Part shown: in pieces, positions 26,262 through 32,000 of the stretch
Layout of the letters: each line of letters starts with the position of its first letter
How positions within the stretch are numbered: position 1 is the stretch's first letter
NCBI GenBank assembly: GCA_942492995.1
Contig: OW818653.1
Span: forward strand, 930,001-962,000
Length of the DNA stretch: 32,000 nucleotides
Direction of reading: 5' to 3'
From: an uncultured Erysipelotrichaceae bacterium
Lineage (GTDB): Bacteria > Bacillota_I > Bacilli_A > Erysipelotrichales > Erysipelotrichaceae
Notes under the pieces: model-generated
The model's input: the letters and a program-made list of their open reading frames with translations, nothing else
Told to the model about the DNA's origin: nothing
Database searches by the model: none
Translations under genes and position numbers: made by a program

Positions 26262-26717
26262 CTAAAGTTTCAAGGATAACTGGTCTATTTTATAGTGTTC
26301 AATAATGGATTTCTCCATCATTTCGCATCGATTTATTTGTTTTTTAATTGATCGTATCCCTACATTACATAAGATACTTGTATGATCGATGAACTTAATT
26401 TCAGTTTGATAATTACGATTTGTAAGTTTCATGATTCGTTTTGAATTAATCCAGATACAGCTTTGATCCTTCATTGAAACCGTTGGGAATAAATAAATTT
26501 GTAAGATTGGATGGACGAGTATTGGACATTTCTGATGAATTTTAAGTGTATGTTTAATCGCATTTATACTTCCGTATCCACTCATTCCATATCGATTACA
26601 AATCTCTTCAATCACATCGATAGGTTTCTGCTTAATATGAATATTTGTATTCGATTGGACGATCGAGTGTTTTATGTTTGGATCGTAATAGATCGCATTT
26701 ATTTCTTGTACTAACAT
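26262..26717 (-). CDS. comK: Competence transcription factor ComK family
   Basis: 151 aa. The core EEICNRYGMSGYGSINAIKHTLKIHQKCPILVHPILQIYLFPTVSMKDQSCIWINSKRI aligns by eye with B. subtilis ComK (RSCRFFGSSYAGRKAGTYEVTKISHKPPIMVDPSNQIFLFPTLSSTRPQCGWISHVHV). Confidence 0.85.
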   Translation of the reverse strand: MLVQEINAIYYDPNIKHSIVQSNTNIHIKQKPIDVIEEICNRYGMSGYGSINAIKHTLKIHQKCPILVHPILQIYLFPTVSMKDQSCIWINSKRIMKLTNRNYQTEIKFIDHTSILCNVGIRSIKKQINRCEMMEKSIIEHYKIDQLSLKL

Positions 26718-26752
26718 ACTTTAATGTATGTACTAAAATTGATTTTACCTAT

Positions 26753-26775
26753 AAAAAAGCGGCTAAATTAGCCGC
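26753..26775 (-). terminator. Intrinsic terminator of ridA, built partly from its last codons and stop
   Basis: The minus strand reads GCGGCUAA-UUU-AGCCGC followed by UUUUUUAU. GCGGCTAA carries the final codons TGC GGC and the TAA stop. Confidence 0.7.
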
Positions 26776-27328
26776 AACATGTTCCGTTTGAACACTCACT
26801 GTCTTCTTCAGATTCACAACCACAATCGCCACCACAACCACATGCTTCTTCGCCTTCGTGATCATGTCCACAACCACAGTCATCGCCGCAGCCACAACCT
26901 TCATGTGTATGTCCATGTTGTTCACGAACTTGTTGTTCATATAACAAGGTATCGATTACGATTGCTTCAATTTCAATTAAAGCACCTTTTGGAAGAGCTT
27001 TAACTTCAACTGTACTTCGTGCTGGATATGGATCCGCAAAGTACGTAGAATAAATCTCATTCATTAAACTGAAATCACTTAAATCTGCCATAAATACAGT
27101 TGTTTTAACAATATGGCGCATTTCTAAGTTCATTTCCGCAAGTAATGCTTCAATGTTCTTTAATACTTGATATGTTTGTTCCTGTATTCCACCAGACACA
27201 ACTTCACTTGTTTCTGGATCAATTGGTAATTGACCTGAAACATATACGAAATCCCCTAATTTGACGGCTGGTGAATAAGGTCCGATTGCTTTTGGCGCAT
27301 TATTCGATGATACTGATTTTGTAAACAT
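26768..27328 (-). CDS. ridA: RidA (YjgF/YER057c/UK114) family reactive-intermediate deaminase with a C-terminal Cys/His/Gly/Asp-rich extension
   Basis: MFTKSVSSNNAPKAIGPYSPAVKLGDFVYVSGQLPIDPETSE...PARSTVEVKALPKGALIEIEAIV is a complete RidA domain (about 125 aa). A 60-aa tail follows, ...HGHTHEGCGCGDDCGCGHDHEGEEACGCGGDCGCESEEDSECSNGTCCG. The ATG at 27328 follows AGGAGG at 6-nt spacing. The track start (27346) includes that RBS and is too far upstream. Confidence 0.9.
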   Translation of the reverse strand: MFTKSVSSNNAPKAIGPYSPAVKLGDFVYVSGQLPIDPETSEVVSGGIQEQTYQVLKNIEALLAEMNLEMRHIVKTTVFMADLSDFSLMNEIYSTYFADPYPARSTVEVKALPKGALIEIEAIVIDTLLYEQQVREQHGHTHEGCGCGDDCGCGHDHEGEEACGCGGDCGCESEEDSECSNGTCCG

Positions 27329-27339
27329 GGTTGTCCTCC

Positions 27340-27486
27340 TTACCATTCTTGATAGTATTCTATTTCTTCTTCTATCAATCTTTGTCTTCGATGGTGTAAG
27401 AACATGCGAAGTACTAAATAAAAAGCCCCTGAGACTAATATTAGTAATATTCCAGTTGAAATATAATCGCTAAAGCTTTCTAACAT
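27340..27486 (-). CDS. Small hypothetical single-TM protein (48 aa), translationally coupled to ridA
   Basis: Not in the track (below its size cutoff). Hand translation gives MLESFSDYISTGILLILVSGAFYLVLRMFLHHRRQRLIEEEIEYYQEW*. RBS GAGG lies 7 nt upstream. The stop TAA (27340..27342) lies inside the ridA RBS (TGGTAAGGAGG). The ORF has its own promoter just upstream. I recognise no homolog. Confidence 0.45.
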   Translation of the reverse strand: MLESFSDYISTGILLILVSGAFYLVLRMFLHHRRQRLIEEEIEYYQEW

Positions 27487-27504
27487 GAACTTACCTCGCG
27501 TTTC

Positions 27505-27533
27505 ATTATAAACAAACTTGACTACTCATGCAA
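27505..27533 (-). promoter_or_regulatory. Candidate sigma-A promoter of the small ORF-ridA unit (-35 TTGCAT, 17 nt, -10 TATAAT)
   Basis: Complement of 27528..27533 = TTGCAT. Complement of 27505..27510 = TATAAT. The spacer is exactly 17 nt. The promoter overlaps the 3' end of the upstream membrane-protein gene. Confidence 0.55.
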
Positions 27534-28064
27534 TGAGTTCGCCCCAAGTTTCACGATATAAACGACAAATAGGATAAAACATAGAAAGAGTGAAATAAAA
27601 CCTAGAATTTGATAGACATAGGCAATTTGTGTGATTAACATTAATGCACTATTTGGATCTGTTATCTTGGTTAATTTGAATAATTGATACAGTAATAAGA
27701 GATGCATAATTGCTTGAATTAATAGTAATATCTTTGCGCTATAGCTAATATACATATTATTTTTATCACGATAACCAAACAACACTAACAATATTAAAAA
27801 TAGAATCTCACTCATTTTAATAATACTAGGGATACTTGATAAAGTAAGTGACTTATCCAACCAAAGTGCTACAGTTCGCGTCACAAATGTACTATCTTTT
27901 ATGAATGATAAATTGGTTAAATCACTCATTGACTTAATGTTTGCTAAGTATCGACCTAATTGGATTTCTGGAATACAAACAAGCCAAGATAAAATTACTA
28001 ATAGAATTAAAAAACTAAGGATTCGATGTTCAGGTTTATCTAACCAACGATTCAGCTTAATCAT
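27522..28064 (-). CDS. Hypothetical membrane protein (about 4 TM helices), no family recognised
   Basis: 180-aa ORF overlapping the trmL stop by 8 nt. Hydrophobic segments: ILSFLILLVILSWLVCI, ILFLILLVLFGY, ILLLIQAIMHLLLLY, ILGFISLFLCFILFVVYIV. Coding status rests on length, operon position and the absence of a competing ORF. Confidence 0.55.
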   Translation of the reverse strand: MIKLNRWLDKPEHRILSFLILLVILSWLVCIPEIQLGRYLANIKSMSDLTNLSFIKDSTFVTRTVALWLDKSLTLSSIPSIIKMSEILFLILLVLFGYRDKNNMYISYSAKILLLIQAIMHLLLLYQLFKLTKITDPNSALMLITQIAYVYQILGFISLFLCFILFVVYIVKLGANSLHE

Positions 28065-28566
28065 GTTCTAACCAGTCTTCTCCTTTTATAACTTCAACAC
28101 CTGATAATCCAGGGTAATCCAATTGACGTAGTACTTCGTACACAAGAATTGCGACGGTATTGGATAAGTTTAAACTTCGAGCATTTTCTACCATTGGTAA
28201 TCGCAAACAATTTTCTAGATGTGGTCTTAGGATTTCTTTTGGGATTCCGGTACTCTCACGTCCAAAAAACAGATAGATATCATCTTTACATTCAGTAAAA
28301 TTTACACTGGATGGAGCTTTTTTACCATAGCGTGTCACAAAGTAATATACGCCTTTATTCTTCGCTTCAAACTCTTCATAGTTTTCATAGACGATGGGTT
28401 CAATAATTTCGCGATAATCCATTCCACTACGTCTAACACTCTTCTCATCTAACGCAAAACCAAGAGGTTTGATTAAATGAAGTTTAGCGTTTGTTGCGGC
28501 ACAGGTACGCATGATATTCCCTGTGTTTTGTGGTATTTCGGGTTGATATAATACGACATGAATCAT
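28057..28566 (-). CDS. trmL: tRNA (cytidine(34)/5-cmnm-uridine(34)-2'-O)-methyltransferase TrmL (SpoU/TrmH family, CspR-like)
   Basis: 169 aa, MIHVVLYQPEIPQNTGNIMRTCAA, LFFGRESTGIP, RSLNLSNTVAILVYE: SPOUT knot motifs with TrmL-like length. RBS AAGGAG. Confidence 0.9.
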   Translation of the reverse strand: MIHVVLYQPEIPQNTGNIMRTCAATNAKLHLIKPLGFALDEKSVRRSGMDYREIIEPIVYENYEEFEAKNKGVYYFVTRYGKKAPSSVNFTECKDDIYLFFGRESTGIPKEILRPHLENCLRLPMVENARSLNLSNTVAILVYEVLRQLDYPGLSGVEVIKGEDWLEHD

Positions 28567-29939
28567 AGGATACTCCTTAATATTCCAAGTATGAATAAAT
28601 GTATTGGATAATATAAATAGAATGCATATTTCTCTACGATATTAAGTGTTTTATTGGTAAATGGTATTGGTTTTTCAGATTGATAGAACCATAATAATCC
28701 TACAGATGCGATTGATAGAGCTTGGATGAAATAGACCCAGTATGTATCAAAGAAATGGGCAATAATGGTTGGTATACTTGACCAAATACCGCTGGATAAG
28801 AATGGTAATAGGATATAGATTAATGTCACAAGCGCAAAGCCAGATAACTGTGCCTTTTTATTACCATAGTACGCATAGAATAAGACAATCGCAAATATTC
28901 CATACATTCCATAATCGACGGATAATATCTCAGCGACTCCAGCTAGTACAACAACTAACCACATACGTTTATCATCAAATGCTTTAAGCGCAAACCATAC
29001 GATTGTAAATAAGAAGAACACATTAACGAGTTCGGTTATATTCGCAAGATAGAGTAAGATTTGAGTAATAACGGCTGTTACAGATACTTGAATGAGTAAT
29101 CGATTGCGATTAGATGTAAAACGATAGGTATTCGCAAAGAGATAGGCGAAGATTGGGAAAGCGAGTCGACCTACTATTCTAAGTTCGATTAAATCAGGGA
29201 AGATGAAATGTCCTACATGATCAATGGTCATCGTAATGAGCGCAAACCATTTCAAAAAGCGATGGTTGTAGCCATTGTTTTCAAGCCCATAGACGATTGT
29301 AAACAAAAACCCTAATCCAAGTATGATTCGGTAGAGTATTAAGCTTACAAGTGAAAAGAAGAATGGTAGTGGCACCATAAGAATTAAATTATCTGTGTAT
29401 GGATTTAATAACCATAAATCATTACTAAATAATACTTTATGGAAGTAGATCCAGAAACTACTAAAATCGAGAACAGCGAATGTAACTAGAAACGCAAACA
29501 CAAAACCTAAGATAGCAGATGATGTTTTTATACCATTTACAATAACCGAAATACTATCTTTTTTATTAATTAAGTAGATTGCGATTAACGATAGTAACCC
29601 AATTGCGATTGCCCCATTACGAATCCATATTGTCTTCACAAACAAGACTTGAACATCGATCATATGATCTTTTTCTTTATCATTGAATACTTCTTGTTCA
29701 ACTCCATCAATTGTCGCAACAACATCTAAATTATCTGATTTACCTTCTAAATACGCTAAAAGTACATTCGTCGCTTTCATTAAGTCAGGAGAACTAATTC
29801 CAATACTCTCAGCCACATCTAATGATGTGTATTTATTCTCATAGAATTTTAGATCAAGCGAACTAAAGTGAATGACGGATAAAACTAAACTAACCCATAA
29901 GGTAATTCCAAATATTATACCAAGTGTTTTATTTTTCAT
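28563..29939 (-). CDS. Fusion membrane protein: N-terminal DUF1461/TIGR01906 (Lit-like) domain + C-terminal TraX-family domain
   Basis: 458-aa uninterrupted ORF. Residues about 1-215: a TM helix, an extracytoplasmic segment with LLAYLEGK...FNDKEKDHMIDVQVLF, then FHKVLFSNDLWLLNPYTDNLILMVPLPFF (DUF1461-like). Residues about 225-458: FLKWFALITMTIDHVGHFIF, VGRLAFPIFAYLFANTY and further TM helices (TraX-like). The domain junction is near nt 29267. Overlaps trmL by 4 nt and rdgB by 11 nt. Confidence 0.7.
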   Translation of the reverse strand: MKNKTLGIIFGITLWVSLVLSVIHFSSLDLKFYENKYTSLDVAESIGISSPDLMKATNVLLAYLEGKSDNLDVVATIDGVEQEVFNDKEKDHMIDVQVLFVKTIWIRNGAIAIGLLSLIAIYLINKKDSISVIVNGIKTSSAILGFVFAFLVTFAVLDFSSFWIYFHKVLFSNDLWLLNPYTDNLILMVPLPFFFSLVSLILYRIILGLGFLFTIVYGLENNGYNHRFLKWFALITMTIDHVGHFIFPDLIELRIVGRLAFPIFAYLFANTYRFTSNRNRLLIQVSVTAVITQILLYLANITELVNVFFLFTIVWFALKAFDDKRMWLVVVLAGVAEILSVDYGMYGIFAIVLFYAYYGNKKAQLSGFALVTLIYILLPFLSSGIWSSIPTIIAHFFDTYWVYFIQALSIASVGLLWFYQSEKPIPFTNKTLNIVEKYAFYLYYPIHLFILGILRSIL

Positions 29940-30528
29940 ACTGGTTTCTCTTTTCTAAATATTCTACAGCTTTTCTTAATGCTTGTCCTCTATGGCTCAA
30001 TTGATTCTTAGTATCAAGATCCATTTCCGCATAACTAAGTGTATACCCTTTTGGCACAAAGATTGGATCATAGCCAAACCCATTCGTTCCTCTTGGTTCA
30101 AAACCAATTGACCCTGGCATTATCCCTTCAAACGTATGAATTGCTTGTTCAGATAGGATTAAACAAACAACTGATACAAATCGTGCATTACGATTACTAA
30201 CATTCTCTAATCGATCTAATATTGATTTATTCTTGATTTCATATGAAGTATCTTCTCCAAGATAACGAGCTGAGTAAACACCCGGTTCATTGTTTAAAGC
30301 CTCTATTTCAATTCCTGAGTCATCCGCAATGCATGCGAATCCGGTAAGATTATGAATATGCATCGCTTTTAATCTTGCGTTTGATTCGAAAGTTGTCCCT
30401 GTTTCTTCAATATCATCTACGATATTTATGTCACTCAAACTTAAAACTTCATACTGAGGATAATCATTCAATAATCGTTTAAGTTCGATTACTTTGTTTT
30501 TATTTTGTGTAGCTAATATGAGTTTCAT
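29929..30528 (-). CDS. rdgB: XTP/dITP diphosphatase (non-canonical purine NTP pyrophosphatase, RdgB/HAM1 family)
   Basis: 199 aa, MKLILATQNKNKVIELKRLL, ADDSGIEIEALNNEPGVYSARY, GTNGFGYDPIF, SHRGQAL. RBS GGAGA. Confidence 0.9.
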   Translation of the reverse strand: MKLILATQNKNKVIELKRLLNDYPQYEVLSLSDINIVDDIEETGTTFESNARLKAMHIHNLTGFACIADDSGIEIEALNNEPGVYSARYLGEDTSYEIKNKSILDRLENVSNRNARFVSVVCLILSEQAIHTFEGIMPGSIGFEPRGTNGFGYDPIFVPKGYTLSYAEMDLDTKNQLSHRGQALRKAVEYLEKRNQYEK

Positions 30529-32000
30529 TTATTAAATCTCCTTCGTTATTTAAGGTAAACCAGAATTGCTTATCTGTTCCATAGATTATCGCATGAACAG
30601 TATCTGTATCTTTTATCCATATTGCCTTATGGGCTAATGGATGATAATTAGCTAAGTATTTACGATACACATTAATATCAATGGAATCCAATGGATAGAT
30701 TAAACTTGGTTTTTGACGAGCTTGACGATAATATGCCATTTCGATAAATGTTTGAGCCTTACTTGTATATTTATTCAATATTGGAGTTAATGTACGATAG
30801 AAATCAATGACTTGGTACGGATGAGGAAGATGATTAATGGCATAGCCCATCTCTGCCATTACATCAAATGTCGGAATAGTTGGATCACTAAATAATTCAT
30901 CGAGTTCCGGTTTTAAACGTTGTGAGTTATAACACTTTTCAGTTGCCTTTGCGACATATTCAACTTCTTTAATATCATTTAATGTCATCCATTTCGACTG
31001 TGTAATTTGGTAAGGTGCGATAGTCTCAGCACTATAGCCATAGATTTCTTGAAGTTGATAAAGTACTGTACCATGTAATAATTTTAAGATTCCAACTTGG
31101 ATTTCAAATGGTTTAAGATGGATTAATTTTTGATAAGATACTTTAAATAAAGCAAGTGTCTCATACGGTAATCCTGCGATTAAATCAGTATGTTGGTGCG
31201 CTTTTAAATCCGCAAATCCTTTGATTACTTCACTTAATTTATCTAAATCACATACTCTACCTACAGCTTGTAAGGTTTTTGATTGAAATGATTGTACACC
31301 AATCTCCATTCTAAAGCGTTTTAAGGCTTTCGTTTGAAAGAAATCAATTAGTTTAGGATGTAATGTATCACCTACAAGTTCTACATGAAAACTCATAAAT
31401 TCTGGCATGGATAAACATTGATTACCGAGTCTTAATGCTCGATTAGGTTCGACATTAAATGTTCGGTCTAAAAACTTTACTTGTTTTACCGATGTGTCTT
31501 TTAATTGAGTAAAGAATTGGTCCATATATGTTTCACTAAACAATCGAACTTTACGATCAAGTGAAGCCATACAGTATGCACATCCGTATGGACAACCTCG
31601 TGATGTCTCTACATAGAGATAACGCTTATCCATATTCTTTTGATCAAATGGTAGAAAGTACGGACTTTCTAATTGTTCTAAACGTGATAAATCGGTTTTA
31701 AGTATTTCTGTTTTAAGTTGGTAAGAAGATTGATAACCTTTAGTTTCTTTATGTTCTATCGCATCCCAAAAGCTAAACTCACCTTCACCTAAGATAATTC
31801 CATCAATTGGATAATCCCACATCGGATCAGGATTATACGTTACTTCAGGCCCTCCCAAAATAATTCTACAGTTTGGTAATAACGCATTTATATCTATGAT
31901 AAATTTCTTTGTGGCTTCAATATTAAAAATATAACAGCTTAATCCAAGTACTTCTGGATTGTACGCTATTATTTCATGTAAACATTTTTCATAATTCTCA
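30500..32000 (-). CDS. B12-binding-domain radical SAM protein (DUF4080-type C-terminus); N-terminus beyond the right window edge
   Basis: The radical SAM cluster motif is ETSRGCPYGCAYCMAS (CxxxCxxC). The track start at 31858 is a TTG. I translated 31859..32000 in the same frame with no stop, giving ...ENYEKCLHEIIAYNPEVLGLSCYIFNIEATKKFIIDINALLPNCRIILGGPEV. That is a cobalamin-binding-type Rossmann segment, so the gene continues off-window. The last 29 nt overlap rdgB. Confidence 0.85.
   Translation of the reverse strand, partial: ENYEKCLHEIIAYNPEVLGLSCYIFNIEATKKFIIDINALLPNCRIILGGPEVTYNPDPMWDYPIDGIILGEGEFSFWDAIEHKETKGYQSSYQLKTEILKTDLSRLEQLESPYFLPFDQKNMDKRYLYVETSRGCPYGCAYCMASLDRKVRLFSETYMDQFFTQLKDTSVKQVKFLDRTFNVEPNRALRLGNQCLSMPEFMSFHVELVGDTLHPKLIDFFQTKALKRFRMEIGVQSFQSKTLQAVGRVCDLDKLSEVIKGFADLKAHQHTDLIAGLPYETLALFKVSYQKLIHLKPFEIQVGILKLLHGTVLYQLQEIYGYSAETIAPYQITQSKWMTLNDIKEVEYVAKATEKCYNSQRLKPELDELFSDPTIPTFDVMAEMGYAINHLPHPYQVIDFYRTLTPILNKYTSKAQTFIEMAYYRQARQKPSLIYPLDSIDINVYRKYLANYHPLAHKAIWIKDTDTVHAIIYGTDKQFWFTLNNEGDLINETHISYTK

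Noticed and set aside
26735-26746. AAAA-TTGA-TTTT motif just upstream of comK, considered as a ComK auto-regulatory box.
   Set aside because: The spacer is 4 nt rather than the 5 nt of the A4-N5-T4 ComK half-site. There is no second half-site at a helical-turn distance. Such motifs arise by chance in AT-rich intergenic DNA.
26749-27003. Two overlapping ORFs (26749..26940 minus; 26779..27003 plus), rich in His/Val/Asn repeats, over the 3' end of ridA.
   Set aside because: They are by-products of the repetitive GC-rich Cys/Gly/His/Asp codons of the RidA tail read in other frames. The ridA frame is continuous with a bona fide RidA domain and ends at a terminator.
156-28987. Short ORFs from the supplied track that lie inside, or antisense to, much longer well-supported genes: 156..344, 3764..3949, 3861..4052, 4494..4718, 6972..7166, 7055..7240, 7646..7903, 11359..11550, 11494..11739, 12085..12291, 13444..13662, 14722..14970, 19166..19438, 19625..19837, 24510..24782, 25387..25635, 25604..25825, 26511..26714, 28769..28987.
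   Set aside because: Each is fully embedded in a gene with clear family motifs. All have low-complexity or biased translated sequences (Leu/Ile/Ser/Thr-rich, as expected from AT-rich antisense frames), lack an RBS and match no recognisable family.
26771-31858. The idea that the Cys-rich RidA tail is a RiPP-like substrate of the nearby B12-binding radical SAM enzyme (thioether or methylation chemistry).
   Set aside because: The two genes are more than 3 kb apart in different transcription units, with a separate promoter at 27505..27533. The tail is fused to a complete enzyme rather than a leader peptide. No peptidase, transporter or RiPP recognition element gene accompanies them. The radical SAM protein lacks an obvious SPASM-type second Cys cluster in the visible part.
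1-32000. A search by eye for CRISPR arrays, tandem or dispersed DNA repeats, IS elements, integrases, tRNA/rRNA genes, and alternative genetic code (TGA=Trp) usage, given the low GC.
   Set aside because: No spaced direct repeats or long inverted terminal repeats were seen. Every intergenic region is short and is explained by promoters, leaders or terminators. TGA terminates well-defined genes (comEA, mnmA) and all Trp codons in recognised motifs are TGG, so the standard code applies. A computational repeat or tRNA scan was not possible, so short or degenerate elements could have been missed.

Overview
AT-rich chromosomal segment of Bacillota (Firmicutes) type that uses the standard genetic code: TGA serves as a stop (comEA, mnmA) and Trp is always TGG. 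The window is almost entirely coding. I support 34 protein genes (two run off the window edges, one is a 48-codon ORF absent from the supplied track), three cis-regulatory leader RNAs, and several intrinsic terminators and sigma-A-like promoters. I saw no rRNA, tRNA, CRISPR array, IS or transposase, integrase or phage genes. Left third, minus strand: a partial 5TM-LytS/PAS sensor kinase and comEC-comEA. Then comes the housekeeping block greA-udk-mltG-DUF1292-ruvX-ireB-alaS, colinear with the Bacillus subtilis yrr region as I recall it. alaS and trpS each carry a T-box leader, and an APC permease follows. Middle, plus strand: an Spx-like regulator, then mnmA-CPBP-recD2, continuing without a terminator into a DUF1648 + ABC ATPase + large ABC-exporter membrane protein module. 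After that lies a marR-marR-MFP-MacB ATPase-FtsX permease efflux operon. Right third, minus strand: metK behind an S-box (SAM) riboswitch, yitT-family, comK, and a small TM ORF + ridA unit. Last is a chain of overlapping genes: B12-binding radical SAM (partial) - rdgB - DUF1461/Lit::TraX fusion - trmL - unknown membrane protein. Most of this is ordinary core genome. Items I think deserve a second look: (1) one ORF fusing a Lit-like (lipoprotein intramolecular transacylase family) domain to a TraX-like N-terminal acetylase-family domain, a candidate lipoprotein N-terminus tailoring enzyme; (2) RidA with a 60-aa Cys/His/Gly/Asp-rich, internally repeated, metallothionein-like tail; (3) an internally duplicated membrane-fusion protein in the MacB-type operon; (4) Spx with an extra 4-Cys/1-His C-terminal extension; (5) a compact S-box aptamer with no obvious P4; (6) a trpS T-box with an off-register UGG and no canonical terminator arm. 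All family assignments come from motif recognition by eye. No database search or folding program was run.
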